Positions 20,111 through 31,270 are shown, counted from the stretch's first letter. The stretch: 64,000 nt of DNA from Candidatus Woesearchaeota archaeon (GCA_047602755.1 JBLKOM010000001.1:147679-211678); one strand, 5' to 3'. Notes: a model not told the origin generated them from the sequence alone. A program made the numbers and translations.

Positions 20111-21085
20111 CTAAATTTTTCTTAATATATAATCTGAATCAGCAATTTGTTTTTGATCAAGATCATACAAAAATATCTCAAAAGTAAAATCTGAGTCGCG
20201 AGGAGGAAGTATTTTTCTAACTAAATCATTCATTAATGATATTTCTCTAGTTCCGCCACAAGGATTTATATTCATTGAAGAATAATCTGATTTAAAATTA
20301 GTAGAAGAACTACCTAACATATTAAGAACATAAACTTCACCAGAAATCTTTAATCTTAATTCAATCATAAACCCATTTAAGATTTTATTATCATTATTAG
20401 TTATTCTAACCCTCATTTGGTCAATAACATTTCTATTATCACCTGTCATTCGTATATCAAAAAGTTCAATTTTAGAATCTGAAGGAGAACAATCTGCTGA
20501 AGATTGATCACTATCTGAAGCATCACCCATTAAAAGCGCAACAGCACATTCACTCTCACTATCAAATCTATTAGGATAAAAATTTAACTCATTATTAGTT
20601 AATTCTACACATTCTTGGGAAATAATACCCCATTTACCACTCCTATTTGAAGGTGTATCCAAAACATCATCAGTAATATTTGAAACATTAGTATCAAACT
20701 CTAAATCATGTTCATCATCTAAATCAGTAGACCCAGAACTAAAACTAGGAAAAGAAAAACCTCTAAACAATAATAAAACTAAGATTAGTATTATTATAAT
20801 ATAGAAAATACGCTCAAAAAAGAAAGGATTTAAATGTTTATAATTAAAAGAAATTCCATAATCATTTTTTTCGATTATTCTTTTTGAATCATAAATAGGC
20901 TTAACAACATCAGGCTTTTTAGAATTATGCGCAGATTTAGAATGTGTTTTTTTAGCTGAAACTTCTTTATCAGATTTATTCTCAGAATCTTCATTACTAT
21001 CTCCTTCTGATTCATGATTATGCTTAGATTTTTTAGAACCAGACTCAAAAAGTAATTCATCTCCTTCAAATTTTTTATCAGTCAT
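20111..21085 (-). CDS. Single-pass membrane hypothetical protein
   Basis: ERIFYIIIILILVLLL TM segment, Cys-containing C-terminal domain. Confidence 0.65.
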   Translation of the reverse strand: MTDKKFEGDELLFESGSKKSKHNHESEGDSNEDSENKSDKEVSAKKTHSKSAHNSKKPDVVKPIYDSKRIIEKNDYGISFNYKHLNPFFFERIFYIIIILILVLLLFRGFSFPSFSSGSTDLDDEHDLEFDTNVSNITDDVLDTPSNRSGKWGIISQECVELTNNELNFYPNRFDSESECAVALLMGDASDSDQSSADCSPSDSKIELFDIRMTGDNRNVIDQMRVRITNNDNKILNGFMIELRLKISGEVYVLNMLGSSSTNFKSDYSSMNINPCGGTREISLMNDLVRKILPPRDSDFTFEIFLYDLDQKQIADSDYILRKI

Positions 21086-21180
21086 AATAAATATGCAAAT
21101 TAGCAACTATTTAAATATTTTCATTAAAACAGTTCAAATCATGCAGAAAATATTTAAACAAAGATAAAGATACAATAAAT

Positions 21181-22590
21181 ATGTTTAAAGAAAAACTAAT
21201 CCAAATAAATGATTTTGAATGGAGATTACCAAAGGAAGTAAGACCAGGGATGAATGTTGATGGTAGAATTTTTGCTTCCAAAGAAATGCTTAATCATATT
21301 GAGGAAGAAGCAATCCAACAGTTAACAAATGTAGCTATGCTACCTGGAGTTATGGAGTCTGTGTGTGCAATGCCTGATGCACATTGGGGATATGGTTTAC
21401 CAATGGGAAGTGTTGCTGCATTTGATTCAAAAAAAGGAATTATATCCTCTGGATTATGTGGATTTGATATTAATTGTGGTATAATGTTATTAAGAACAAA
21501 TTTAACTTTAAAAGATATTAAACCAAAACTTTCTGAACTAATGGATGCATTATATGCAAAAATACCTGTAGGAGTAGGTACCAAAGGTGGAATTGAATTA
21601 AATTATGATAAACTTGAACAAGTAATAACCAAAGGAAATAAATGGTGTGTAGATAACGGAATTGGTTGCAAAGAAGATTTGAAGAATACTGAAGAAAACG
21701 GACATATGGCTGGCGCTGATCCAAAAAAAGTAAGTGACCTAGCAAAAAAACGTGGATTAAAACAACTAGGAACATTAGGTGCAGGAAATCATTTTATTGA
21801 AATTCAAAGAGCAAACGAAATTTTTGATAAAGATTTTGCAAAAAAATGTGGAATAACAAAAAAAGACCAAATCTGTATTATGATTCATTCTGGTAGTAGA
21901 GGGTTAGGCCATCAAATTGCTACAGACTATCTAAAAATACAAGAAGACAGTCTAAATAAGTATGGTATTAAAGTTCCTGATAAACAATTGGCTTGTAGTC
22001 CTGGTTCCTCAAAAGAAGGTAAAGATTATTATTCAGCAATGATTTGTGCAGTTAATTATTCATTTAGTAATAGGCTTGCAATGGCACATAGAGTAAGAGA
22101 AGTTTTCCAAGAAATATTCAAAAAATCATGGAAAGACATGGATATACATACTGTATACCATTTATGTCATAATGTAGTTAAAAAAGAAAAATATGTTATT
22201 GATGGTAAAGAAAAAGAACTTTACGTTCATAGAAAAGGAGCTACAAGAAGTTTTCCTAATCAACCTGTAATTATTGCTGGAAGCATGGGTACAAGTTCTT
22301 GGTTACTTCGCGGAACAAAAGATTCAATGACAAAGTGTTTTGGAAGTTCTGCGCATGGTGCAGGAAGAGCAATGTCAAGACATTCAGCTTTAAAGGAATT
22401 TAAAGGTAATAAAATCAAAAATGAATTATCAAAACAAGGCATTGAAAGTCGTGCACCAAATCCATTAAGTCTTGCTGAAGAAGCACCAAAAGCATACAAG
22501 GATGTTGATTTAGTAATTGAATCTGTACATGGTGCTAATATTTCTACAAAAGTAGTTGAATTAAAACCAGTTGGAGTTATTAAAGGATAA
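21181..22590 (+). CDS. rtcB: RNA ligase RtcB (tRNA splicing ligase)
   Basis: MPDAHWGYG, GFDINCG, GTLGAGNHF, HSGSRG, HRKGAT, HGAGR. Confidence 0.97.
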   Translation: MFKEKLIQINDFEWRLPKEVRPGMNVDGRIFASKEMLNHIEEEAIQQLTNVAMLPGVMESVCAMPDAHWGYGLPMGSVAAFDSKKGIISSGLCGFDINCGIMLLRTNLTLKDIKPKLSELMDALYAKIPVGVGTKGGIELNYDKLEQVITKGNKWCVDNGIGCKEDLKNTEENGHMAGADPKKVSDLAKKRGLKQLGTLGAGNHFIEIQRANEIFDKDFAKKCGITKKDQICIMIHSGSRGLGHQIATDYLKIQEDSLNKYGIKVPDKQLACSPGSSKEGKDYYSAMICAVNYSFSNRLAMAHRVREVFQEIFKKSWKDMDIHTVYHLCHNVVKKEKYVIDGKEKELYVHRKGATRSFPNQPVIIAGSMGTSSWLLRGTKDSMTKCFGSSAHGAGRAMSRHSALKEFKGNKIKNELSKQGIESRAPNPLSLAEEAPKAYKDVDLVIESVHGANISTKVVELKPVGVIKG

Positions 22591-22624
22591 AATAGATATA
22601 TATATAAATTTAGAAAACAACAAC

Positions 22625-24085
22625 TCAAATATATTTTTTTAAAATCTCGCTTGCCTTCTTTCCATCAACTTTTCCTACAAATTGTTTCATAACAAGACCC
22701 ATATAACCACCTATGTTTAAACCTGGTTTTTCCTTAATTAATTTTTTTACAAAAAATTCAATTTCAGAATCATCTGCTACTTGAAAATCAGAAATATTAA
22801 TTTTCTCACCTAACACTTTCTTTTCAATCAAAGTAGGAATAAAATCTTTTGGAATTTTCTCAGCATAAGAAAGTATTTGTTCAAAATCATTCAACGATAA
22901 ATTATCAACATCTAAACTAGTTTTCCGCTTTAACTCTTTAGGAATTTGAATAAGTATTGATGCAATAAATTTAGGATCAATTCTTTTATATTTAATTACT
23001 AATGATTCAAAATCAATATCGCGCTTAATTATTTCATTAATTAAACCTTGATCAAGACCATATTTCTCAGATAACATATTTTTTTTATCACTAATTAACT
23101 CAGGAATAGAAATATCTTCAATCATTTTATTAGTTATCCTTAAAGGTAAGATATCTGTTTCAGGATACATTCTTGCTCCACCAGGCATTGGCCGTAAAAA
23201 AGAAGTAGTCATATCTGGTTCAGCTTTCCTAACTTCTTTTTGCAATTTTACTTTCTTTTTTATACAATCAGATTGTCTATTAATTTCATATTCAATAACT
23301 TTTGGTATACTACGCAAATCTTGAAATCCTTTAATCTCAACACGAACTCCTCCCTTAATAGAAACATTTACATCTTGACGAATTGTACCAATCCCGCGTT
23401 TAACTTTGTTTGTACTTCTAAGAATCATACCTAAAATTTCTGCACATTCTTTAGCATGCTCAGGATCTTGAATAGATGCATCAGTAGCTATTTCAAGCAA
23501 GCAAACACCAAGTCTATCTAAACGATAAGTTGTTGTTTTATTATCAGAATGCACTTTTTTAGCTGCTTCTTCTTCTAAACAAAGAGTATCAATCTTAACC
23601 TTACCTTTAGAGGTTTCAATATATCCGTCCATTGCAATCAAAGCAGTTCTTTGAAAACCTGAAACATTACTTCCATCAATAACTGTTTTTCTCATCACTT
23701 GAATCTCATCAACTATATCACAATGAAGCATTTTAGAAACTTGAAGTGCTATTTTAACTGCTTCTTCATTAATTGAATGTGGTGGTTCTTCGTCCAATTC
23801 AACCAAACAATATGACCGTTCACAACCTTGATATACCATCTCTTTAGCTTTTGATTGCTCATGAGATGCAGCAATATCTATTTCACCTGTTTCACCAACG
23901 ACTGCTTTTAATTTTCTACGAACTTCGATTATAGGATTTTCATCATGAACTATACTTGGACATTTACAAAATAAATTATGAGTTTCTAATTGCTGATGAA
24001 TTTCAAGACCACACTTAAAACCCAATAAATTATAATCCTTTTTGACCATAGCATTATTCTTATCTTTTGTCATATCCTTTCCCAT
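22625..24085 (-). CDS. gatE: Glu-tRNA(Gln) amidotransferase subunit E (short form)
   Basis: GLEIHQQL, DEEPPH, RKTVIDGSNVSGFQRT, RGIGTIRQD, ARMYPETD. Confidence 0.96.
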   Translation of the reverse strand: MGKDMTKDKNNAMVKKDYNLLGFKCGLEIHQQLETHNLFCKCPSIVHDENPIIEVRRKLKAVVGETGEIDIAASHEQSKAKEMVYQGCERSYCLVELDEEPPHSINEEAVKIALQVSKMLHCDIVDEIQVMRKTVIDGSNVSGFQRTALIAMDGYIETSKGKVKIDTLCLEEEAAKKVHSDNKTTTYRLDRLGVCLLEIATDASIQDPEHAKECAEILGMILRSTNKVKRGIGTIRQDVNVSIKGGVRVEIKGFQDLRSIPKVIEYEINRQSDCIKKKVKLQKEVRKAEPDMTTSFLRPMPGGARMYPETDILPLRITNKMIEDISIPELISDKKNMLSEKYGLDQGLINEIIKRDIDFESLVIKYKRIDPKFIASILIQIPKELKRKTSLDVDNLSLNDFEQILSYAEKIPKDFIPTLIEKKVLGEKINISDFQVADDSEIEFFVKKLIKEKPGLNIGGYMGLVMKQFVGKVDGKKASEILKKYI

Positions 24086-24232
24086 AATATAAGATAGATT
24101 AGGGTATTATAAAAACGTTACGAAAACAAAGAAATTAAGAACCAATAAAATGTCGAAAAAAACAATATGAGCAATAATTGAACAACTAACCATTGGCAAA
24201 TATTTATATATTTACAAAAAATAAATTTTTAT

Positions 24233-24811
24233 ATGAAAAAAATCATCTTAGCTACTACTAATTATGGTAAAGTAAATACTATTAAAACAGCTTTATCTGA
24301 ATATAATATTAAATTAAAACATGTTAAATTAAATTTACCTGAGCCTAAATCATATAACCTAAAAGAAATAACAAAAGCAAAAGTGGTTTTTGCTTTTAAT
24401 CATATAAAAAAACCCTGTATTGCAATTGATTCTGGATTTTATATTCATTCAATAAATGGATTTCCAAAAACTTTTGTTAATTTTGCATTAAATACTATTG
24501 GAATTGATGGTATACTTAAACTTGTTAAAGGAAAAAAAAGAAATTGTGAATTTCGAAATTGTTTAGCATACATTGATGAAACCCTTAAAGAACCAATATA
24601 TTTTGAATCAAAAACTAAAGGAATTTTATTAAAAAAACCTAGAAAACAAAAAAGACTATTGTGGGGAAAACTACATTCAATATTTGTACCAGATGGATTT
24701 TTAAAAACCCTTTCTGAAATGAATAAAGATGAATTAAATGAATATGAATCTAAAAAGAATAAAAAGAATTTTGCTAAAAAATTTGCTAAATGGATTTCTC
24801 AAAAACAATAA
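24233..24811 (+). CDS. Non-canonical purine NTP pyrophosphatase (Ham1/ITPase family), divergent
   Basis: ATTNYGK, IDSGFYI..INGFP, IFVPDG..KTLSEM; terminal SHR motif absent. Confidence 0.82.
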   Translation: MKKIILATTNYGKVNTIKTALSEYNIKLKHVKLNLPEPKSYNLKEITKAKVVFAFNHIKKPCIAIDSGFYIHSINGFPKTFVNFALNTIGIDGILKLVKGKKRNCEFRNCLAYIDETLKEPIYFESKTKGILLKKPRKQKRLLWGKLHSIFVPDGFLKTLSEMNKDELNEYESKKNKKNFAKKFAKWISQKQ

Positions 24812-25066
24812 AAATAAACTAAAGTATATCAAATGTTAAATCAAGCTTCGTAAAACATATAAATAGGCCTAATTTCGCCAATAATAGATAAAAGCAATAT
24901 AAAATAGTATTATAACACTGTTTTAAGCTAACAAATATTATATTCAAATAATTAAAAATAAAGTAAACAATATCTTTATTTTTGAATATCTATGTTACTA
25001 TATAGAGATTCTATTTGAATATTAATATTGCAAAAAAAACAAAAAATGTTCATGGAGGAAAAAAAC

Positions 25067-27700
25067 ATGGCAGAAAAATATATCTATGATTTTGAAGAAG
25101 GAAAAGCAGATATGAAGTTTATAGTTGGGGGAAAAGGAGCAAATCTAAGTGAAATGACAAATATGGGTGTACCTGTTCCACCAGGATTTATAGTTTCTAT
25201 CAAAGCATGTAACAAATATTATGATGATGGAGAAAAAATTGCAAAAGAAGTTGAAGACGAATGGATGCAACATCTTAAAAAACTTGAAGAAAAGATGGGT
25301 AAAAAATTAGGTGACAATGATGACCCATTACTTGTTTCTGTAAGATCAGGAGCAGCGATTTCAATGCCAGGTATGATGGATACAGTTCTAAACCTTGGAT
25401 TAAATGATAAATCTGTTGAAGGTCTTTCGAAAAAAACAGGAAATGAAAGATTTGCATGGGATGCATATAGAAGATTCATGCAAATGTTTGGTAATGTTGT
25501 ATTAAATGTACATGGAAAACATTTCGAACATCTTTTGGAACAAGTTAAAGAAGAAAAAGGTGTAAAATTAGATACAGAACTTGACGCATCTGACTTAAAA
25601 AAAGTAGTAGAATTATATGAAAAGATGGTCAAAGAAAAAACAGGAGAAGAATTCCCTCAAGATCCATATGAACAATTAAAGAAAAGTATTGAAGCTGTAT
25701 TTGGCTCATGGAATAATGAAAGAGCAATTCTTTATAGAAAATTAAATGATGTTCCAAAAGAAATTAATGGAACAGCTGTAAATGTTCAAGTAATGGTCTT
25801 TGGAAACAAAGGAGAAACATCTGGAACAGGAGTTTGTTTCACAAGAAACCCATCAACTGGAGAAAATAAATTCTATGGTGAATACTTAATGAATGCACAA
25901 GGTGAAGATGTTGTTGCAGGAGTTAGAACACCACAAGAAATTGAAACACTAGAAAAACAAAATCCTAAAGCATACAAAGAATTATGTGATATTCGATTAG
26001 AACTTGAAAAGCACTATGCTGATATGCAAGATATGGAATTTACAATTGAAGAGGGTAAATTATACATTTTACAAACCAGGAGCGGTAAAAGAACTGCTGC
26101 TGCTGCAGTAAAAATTGCAGTAGATATGGTTAAAGAAGAATTGATTGATGAGAAAAAAGCAGTTCTTAGAGTTGCACCTAATCAATTAGACCAGCTATTA
26201 CACAAACAACTTGATCCTAAAGCAAAAGAACAAGCAACAGTACTTGGAAAAGGACTTCCTGCTTCACCTGGAGCTGCAGTAGGACAAATTTGTTTTGATG
26301 CTAAAGAAGCACACGAGAAAAATGAAAACGGTGAAAAAGTAATTTTGACAAGAGTTGAAACATCACCTGAAGATCTAATAGGAATGAACGCAGCTCAAGG
26401 TATTCTTACAAGCAGAGGAGGAATGACTTCACACGCAGCAGTAGTTGCAAGAGGTATGGGTAAATGTTGTGTTGCAGGTTGTAGTGATGCTGTAATCAAT
26501 GAAGATAAAGGAACCTTAACAATAGGCGAAAAAACTTTCAATGCAGGCGATTGGATTACTTTAGATGGTGCAACTGGAGAAGTAATGGAAGGTCAAATAA
26601 AAGTTATAGACCCTGAATTATCTGGTGACTTTGCACAATTAATGGAATGGGCTGATAAATACAGAAAAATCCTTGTAAAAACAAATGCTGATACTCCGCA
26701 CGATGCAGAAATGGCAATTAAATTTGGAGCTGAAGGTATTGGACTTTGTAGAACAGAGCATATGTTCTTTGAAGAATCAAGAATCAAAGCTGTAAGAGAA
26801 ATGATTGTTGCTAAGGAAGTTGAAGGAAGGAAAAAAGCATTAGCAAAAATTGAACCTTTCCAACAAGAAGACTTTGAAGGATTATTCAAAGTAATGGACG
26901 GAAAACCAGTTATTATAAGACTATTAGATCCTCCACTACACGAATTCTTACCTAAAGAACAAGCAGACATAAATGATGTAGCTAAAGAAATCGGTGTAAC
27001 ACCTGAAGCACTTAAAGAAACAATAGATTCATTACACGAATTTAATCCAATGCTTGGATTTAGAGGATGTAGACTTGGTGTAAGGTATCCTGAAATAACA
27101 GAAATGCAAGCAAGAGCAATCTTCAAAGCAGCTGCAAATGTACCGAATGCTGCTCCTTGGATAGAAGTTCCACTAGCAGGTAATGCTGCAGAATATATGG
27201 TTATAAAAAATATAATCAAAAATGTTGCAAAAGAACTAGGAGCTGATGGAAAAGTTAATTATAAAATTGGTTCCATGATTGAAGTTCCAAGAGCTGCATT
27301 AACTGCTGATGAATTTGCTCCTGAATGTGACTTCTTAAGCTTCGGAACAAATGATTTAACACAGATGACTTGCGGATTCTCAAGAGACGACGCTGGTTCA
27401 TTCTTAAAAGTATATGTTGACCAAGGCATATATGAAAAAGATCCATTCCAAAGCATAGATCAAACTGGAGTAGGAAAATTAATGCAACAATGCTTAGAAC
27501 TTGCTAAAAAAGTAAATCCAAAAATACATGTAGGTATTTGTGGAGAACATGGTGGGGATCCAGCATCAGTAGAATTCTGTCACAAGATTGGACTTGATGA
27601 AGTAAGCTGCTCACCATTCAGAGTACCAATTGCAAGATTAGCAGCAGCACATGCAGCATTAAAAGAAGAAAATATCTCAGCAACTAAAGGAGATGCTTAG
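25067..27700 (+). CDS. ppdK: Pyruvate, phosphate dikinase
   Basis: GGKGANL, SVRSGA, GGMTSHAAVVAR, GLCRTEHMF, GICGEHGG; GGAGG SD. Confidence 0.98.
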   Translation: MAEKYIYDFEEGKADMKFIVGGKGANLSEMTNMGVPVPPGFIVSIKACNKYYDDGEKIAKEVEDEWMQHLKKLEEKMGKKLGDNDDPLLVSVRSGAAISMPGMMDTVLNLGLNDKSVEGLSKKTGNERFAWDAYRRFMQMFGNVVLNVHGKHFEHLLEQVKEEKGVKLDTELDASDLKKVVELYEKMVKEKTGEEFPQDPYEQLKKSIEAVFGSWNNERAILYRKLNDVPKEINGTAVNVQVMVFGNKGETSGTGVCFTRNPSTGENKFYGEYLMNAQGEDVVAGVRTPQEIETLEKQNPKAYKELCDIRLELEKHYADMQDMEFTIEEGKLYILQTRSGKRTAAAAVKIAVDMVKEELIDEKKAVLRVAPNQLDQLLHKQLDPKAKEQATVLGKGLPASPGAAVGQICFDAKEAHEKNENGEKVILTRVETSPEDLIGMNAAQGILTSRGGMTSHAAVVARGMGKCCVAGCSDAVINEDKGTLTIGEKTFNAGDWITLDGATGEVMEGQIKVIDPELSGDFAQLMEWADKYRKILVKTNADTPHDAEMAIKFGAEGIGLCRTEHMFFEESRIKAVREMIVAKEVEGRKKALAKIEPFQQEDFEGLFKVMDGKPVIIRLLDPPLHEFLPKEQADINDVAKEIGVTPEALKETIDSLHEFNPMLGFRGCRLGVRYPEITEMQARAIFKAAANVPNAAPWIEVPLAGNAAEYMVIKNIIKNVAKELGADGKVNYKIGSMIEVPRAALTADEFAPECDFLSFGTNDLTQMTCGFSRDDAGSFLKVYVDQGIYEKDPFQSIDQTGVGKLMQQCLELAKKVNPKIHVGICGEHGGDPASVEFCHKIGLDEVSCSPFRVPIARLAAAHAALKEENISATKGDA

Positions 27701-27749
27701 ATTATTTTTTTTATTTTCTTTTTAATTTTTAATTTTTCTTTTTAATATG

Positions 27750-28712
27750 TTAAATTAATTTATTCTCAAAATAAAACTTAATTTGCTGATTAACAGCCTC
27801 ATGAAATGATACAACAGGACTCCAGCCAAAAGATTTTATTTTTTCATTAGATAGAACCTTATTACTAATTCCTGATAAAACAAGCTCATAAGACCTATCA
27901 TTTATTAAATCACCTAATAAAAATAAAAATAAATTACCTAATTGGCGTGCACATGGAATACTAACAAAACAATTTTTAGTTTTAAGACATTCACTAAACT
28001 GCTTATACAAATCAGAAAGTAATACATTATCATCTGAAACATGATAAACTCCTACAGGAACATTTTCATGTGATAACATTTCTAAAGCAGATACACAATC
28101 AGATACTGAGACAACTGAAGTTGATCCAGGTAATAACGGAAGTACTTTATGATTTTGCAATTGACGAATCATAACTGAGTTTTGTCCTGAATAGTCACCT
28201 GCGCCATAAACACGAGACATTCTAGCTATACATACTTCAAGACTTGATGAATATCTTTGTCCTAATTTTTCTAATAATAATTTAGAATTAAGATAATGCC
28301 TCCTAGATGTAACTTCTAAAATACTATCTTCTGATAATGGTTTATCATATGTTGAAAAACCCGCACAGATTTGTGAACTTGCAAGTACTACACGTCTAAC
28401 ACCAGAAATTTTTGATGAAGATAAAACATTTGAAGTACCTACTGCAGAAATACTCATCATTTCCTCAGGTGAAGTAGTATTTGTCAAAGTTTTAGCAGCA
28501 AGATGAAATACTACATCTTGACCAGAACTTGCTGATTGAACTGAATCATGATCCATAACATCACCTACATAATACTTATCAACAATTCCATTAAGATGCT
28601 CATTCTCACTTCGTGATAAAACAGAAACCTCTTTACCTAATTCTTTAAGAAAAACAGCAAGATTATATCCTATAAAACCTGATCCACCTGTTATTAAAAC
28701 TTTTTCAACCAT
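27750..28712 (-). CDS. NAD-dependent epimerase/dehydratase (extended SDR)
   Basis: TGGSGFIG, VFHLAA, YxxxK (YLNSK). Confidence 0.9.
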   Translation of the reverse strand: MVEKVLITGGSGFIGYNLAVFLKELGKEVSVLSRSENEHLNGIVDKYYVGDVMDHDSVQSASSGQDVVFHLAAKTLTNTTSPEEMMSISAVGTSNVLSSSKISGVRRVVLASSQICAGFSTYDKPLSEDSILEVTSRRHYLNSKLLLEKLGQRYSSSLEVCIARMSRVYGAGDYSGQNSVMIRQLQNHKVLPLLPGSTSVVSVSDCVSALEMLSHENVPVGVYHVSDDNVLLSDLYKQFSECLKTKNCFVSIPCARQLGNLFLFLLGDLINDRSYELVLSGISNKVLSNEKIKSFGWSPVVSFHEAVNQQIKFYFENKLI

Positions 28713-28776
28713 ATCAAAGAGATTACTAATTTATTAATAAATATAACTATGTTAGAAAAAAGAAACAAATTAACAA

Positions 28777-29862
28777 TTATTTTTTCAAATTATGCACCCA
28801 TAATTCTCTTTGAGGGAATGGGATATTAATCTTATTCTTATTTAAAGTATTATATAACTTAGTAAAAACAATCTGATGAGTTGGCCATTTATGTGATAAA
28901 TCATCAACAAAAAATCTTAATGCAAAATTTAAAGAAGAATCAGCCATTTCAAGAAACATAACTGAAGGAGCAGGATCATCTAAAATATGCTCTTGCTTTT
29001 TAGTGCAAGCCAAAGCTAATTTCTTAACTTTCTCAATATCAGATCCATATGCTACACCAAATTCAATATCAACTCTAACAACATTATCTGGTTGATTAAA
29101 ATTAAAAATCTTACTATCCACTAATTTTGAATTAGGAACAATTAATGTTTCTCTAGTCCAAGTAAGCAAACGTGTACTTCGAAGTCCTATATCAACAACT
29201 TTTCCAGATTCACCAGAATCTAATTTTATAACATCATCAACTTTAATAGATTTATCTAATATCAGTGAAACACCACCAAATAAATTAGCTAAAGTTGGTT
29301 GTAATGCAAACGCAATTGCAAGACCTCCAATACCTAATCCTGCTAACAAAGGACCTATTTGAATACCCCATGCAGATAAAACTAATAAAATACCGACTAC
29401 CCAGCCAATAAATAATAAAAACTGATGACCTAGTTTTATTAACTGCCTATCTAACTTAGTATGTTTTGAAGCCCATTTTTTCGCAAAATAATCTATAACT
29501 AAATCAGCAATGCTAATTACAGTAGAAATTGCAAATATAATCATTAATGAATTGATAAAACTTATTAAATATACAACCCATGAATTATGTTCCCATAATG
29601 ATACAAAAAATAACTTAACCCCAAATAAAAAAATAATCCAAGATAACGGCTTATTCATTATAGCTACTATATCATCGTCAAGAGTTGTCTCAGTTTTTGC
29701 TGCTAATCTCATAAAAACTTTTTCAAATACATAAATAATTAATTTTGATAAAATAAAAAATACAGCAAGATACACTATAGCTTCTAAATAAGGGTTAATA
29801 CTTAAAAAATTCTTTATTCCAATAAATAAACTTTGAAAATCCATGCTTAGATTTATATGCAT
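28777..29862 (-). CDS. MscS family mechanosensitive channel
   Basis: AGLGIGGLAIAFALQ, IGLRST, IPFPQR. Confidence 0.95.
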   Translation of the reverse strand: MHINLSMDFQSLFIGIKNFLSINPYLEAIVYLAVFFILSKLIIYVFEKVFMRLAAKTETTLDDDIVAIMNKPLSWIIFLFGVKLFFVSLWEHNSWVVYLISFINSLMIIFAISTVISIADLVIDYFAKKWASKHTKLDRQLIKLGHQFLLFIGWVVGILLVLSAWGIQIGPLLAGLGIGGLAIAFALQPTLANLFGGVSLILDKSIKVDDVIKLDSGESGKVVDIGLRSTRLLTWTRETLIVPNSKLVDSKIFNFNQPDNVVRVDIEFGVAYGSDIEKVKKLALACTKKQEHILDDPAPSVMFLEMADSSLNFALRFFVDDLSHKWPTHQIVFTKLYNTLNKNKINIPFPQRELWVHNLKK

Positions 29863-29916
29863 TAATTTATATAGTTTACGTAATAGAATAAAAAAATAAT
29901 CAAAATAAAAATAAAT

Positions 29917-30165
29917 TTAACTTAAATTAATAAAATTACTTATAGCATCAATACCTCTTGCTTCATCTAAAATACCATTATTATCTGCAATAATTAAGGT
30001 AGGAACTTTTCCAATTCCATATTTTTCAACTAACACAAAAAATTTATCATTATCAATATCACAAATATCATAAGCCCAATTTTTAAGATCTAAAAGACTA
30101 GAAGCTAAATTACATTCAGTATCATTCTTTTTTACAAATAAATACATATTATTTTCTTGCTTCAT
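29917..30165 (-). CDS. Small thioredoxin-like protein without CxxC
   Basis: KYGIGKVPTLII cis-Pro motif. Confidence 0.55.
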   Translation of the reverse strand: MKQENNMYLFVKKNDTECNLASSLLDLKNWAYDICDIDNDKFFVLVEKYGIGKVPTLIIADNNGILDEARGIDAISNFINLS

Positions 30166-31270
30166 TTTTAATACTCATTAAAAAAAGATAATTTGCACAC
30201 CAGCTCATTGCTTCATCTGATATATAGTACGGTAACTGATAAGGTTTACTATCAGGATTAAAAACTTCTAGAAAAGTAGAATATTTTTCAATTATCTTAG
30301 AATACTTAATAATATATTTTTGCTGTAATTTTTTATCAACTTTCCCAACTATCATAACATACAAAGGCCCCATATGCATCCAAATAGTATTACCTTCATA
30401 ATTATTAGCAATAAATTCAAAACCAATAAACTTTGAATGTTTTTTCTTAAAAGTATATTTTAATGGAAACGGATAATCTAATTTTGCTAGTTTAAGTGAT
30501 TGAATAACTTTCCTTAACATATTTTTATTTTTAATTGCACCAACCCAAAAAGGAAAAACATTAGCATCACCTGCAACATAGTCTTTTTTAACAATATCAT
30601 CATAAAAATAATTACCATTCCAAAAATTTTGAACCAATAATTCTCTATAATCCCATTTAGCAAAAAGATGTTTTAATCCTAGTTTATCACATGAAACCTT
30701 TAACAAATACAACATAGAATTATCATAACATGAACTTTTACGCTTAGAATAATCCTTCATTGATGAGAAAAACTTATCTTGTCTAACTAATCCTGTATTT
30801 TTATCAATAACTAAATCATAAAATTTAATAATTTCATTTTCTAAAAAAGATTTATATTTTTTAACTAATTGCTTATCATTTAAACAAGACAAAGAATAAA
30901 TCAAATAAGGTAAGGAATCAACTGACATGTATGGAAAATCAAATGGTTCATCATTCATACTTATTGAAGTTGTAACACAATGATTTTTTGAATAAATATT
31001 TAAAGCATAATTTAATGTTGATCTAACTTTATTTTTATACCCTAATTTCATTAAAGAATTTACTATCCAACCAAAATCTCGTATATAAAACAGAGTAAAA
31101 TGACCATTACTTACTTGAAAAAAGCCTTTTTCTTTATTGTAACAATCATTAAGAATTTGCTTACATTTTTCTATAGAATTACCACTATATTGTTTAAAAC
31201 CATTTTTTCTTACATACCTACTCCTCTTAAACATTCTATAAAACTCTGATAAGAAGATTAATTTACACAT
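30149..31270 (-). CDS. Six-hairpin glycosidase-like protein (GH15/GH100/debranching-like)
   Basis: FYIRDFGW, IWMHMG, FLEVF motifs. Confidence 0.6.
   Translation of the reverse strand: MCKLIFLSEFYRMFKRSRYVRKNGFKQYSGNSIEKCKQILNDCYNKEKGFFQVSNGHFTLFYIRDFGWIVNSLMKLGYKNKVRSTLNYALNIYSKNHCVTTSISMNDEPFDFPYMSVDSLPYLIYSLSCLNDKQLVKKYKSFLENEIIKFYDLVIDKNTGLVRQDKFFSSMKDYSKRKSSCYDNSMLYLLKVSCDKLGLKHLFAKWDYRELLVQNFWNGNYFYDDIVKKDYVAGDANVFPFWVGAIKNKNMLRKVIQSLKLAKLDYPFPLKYTFKKKHSKFIGFEFIANNYEGNTIWMHMGPLYVMIVGKVDKKLQQKYIIKYSKIIEKYSTFLEVFNPDSKPYQLPYYISDEAMSWCANYLFLMSIKNEARK

Noticed and set aside
25219-27456. Antisense ORFs inside ppdK (and similar ones inside rtcB, glyS, cdc48, tatD, oapB)
   Set aside because: Opposite-strand shadows of well-supported genes
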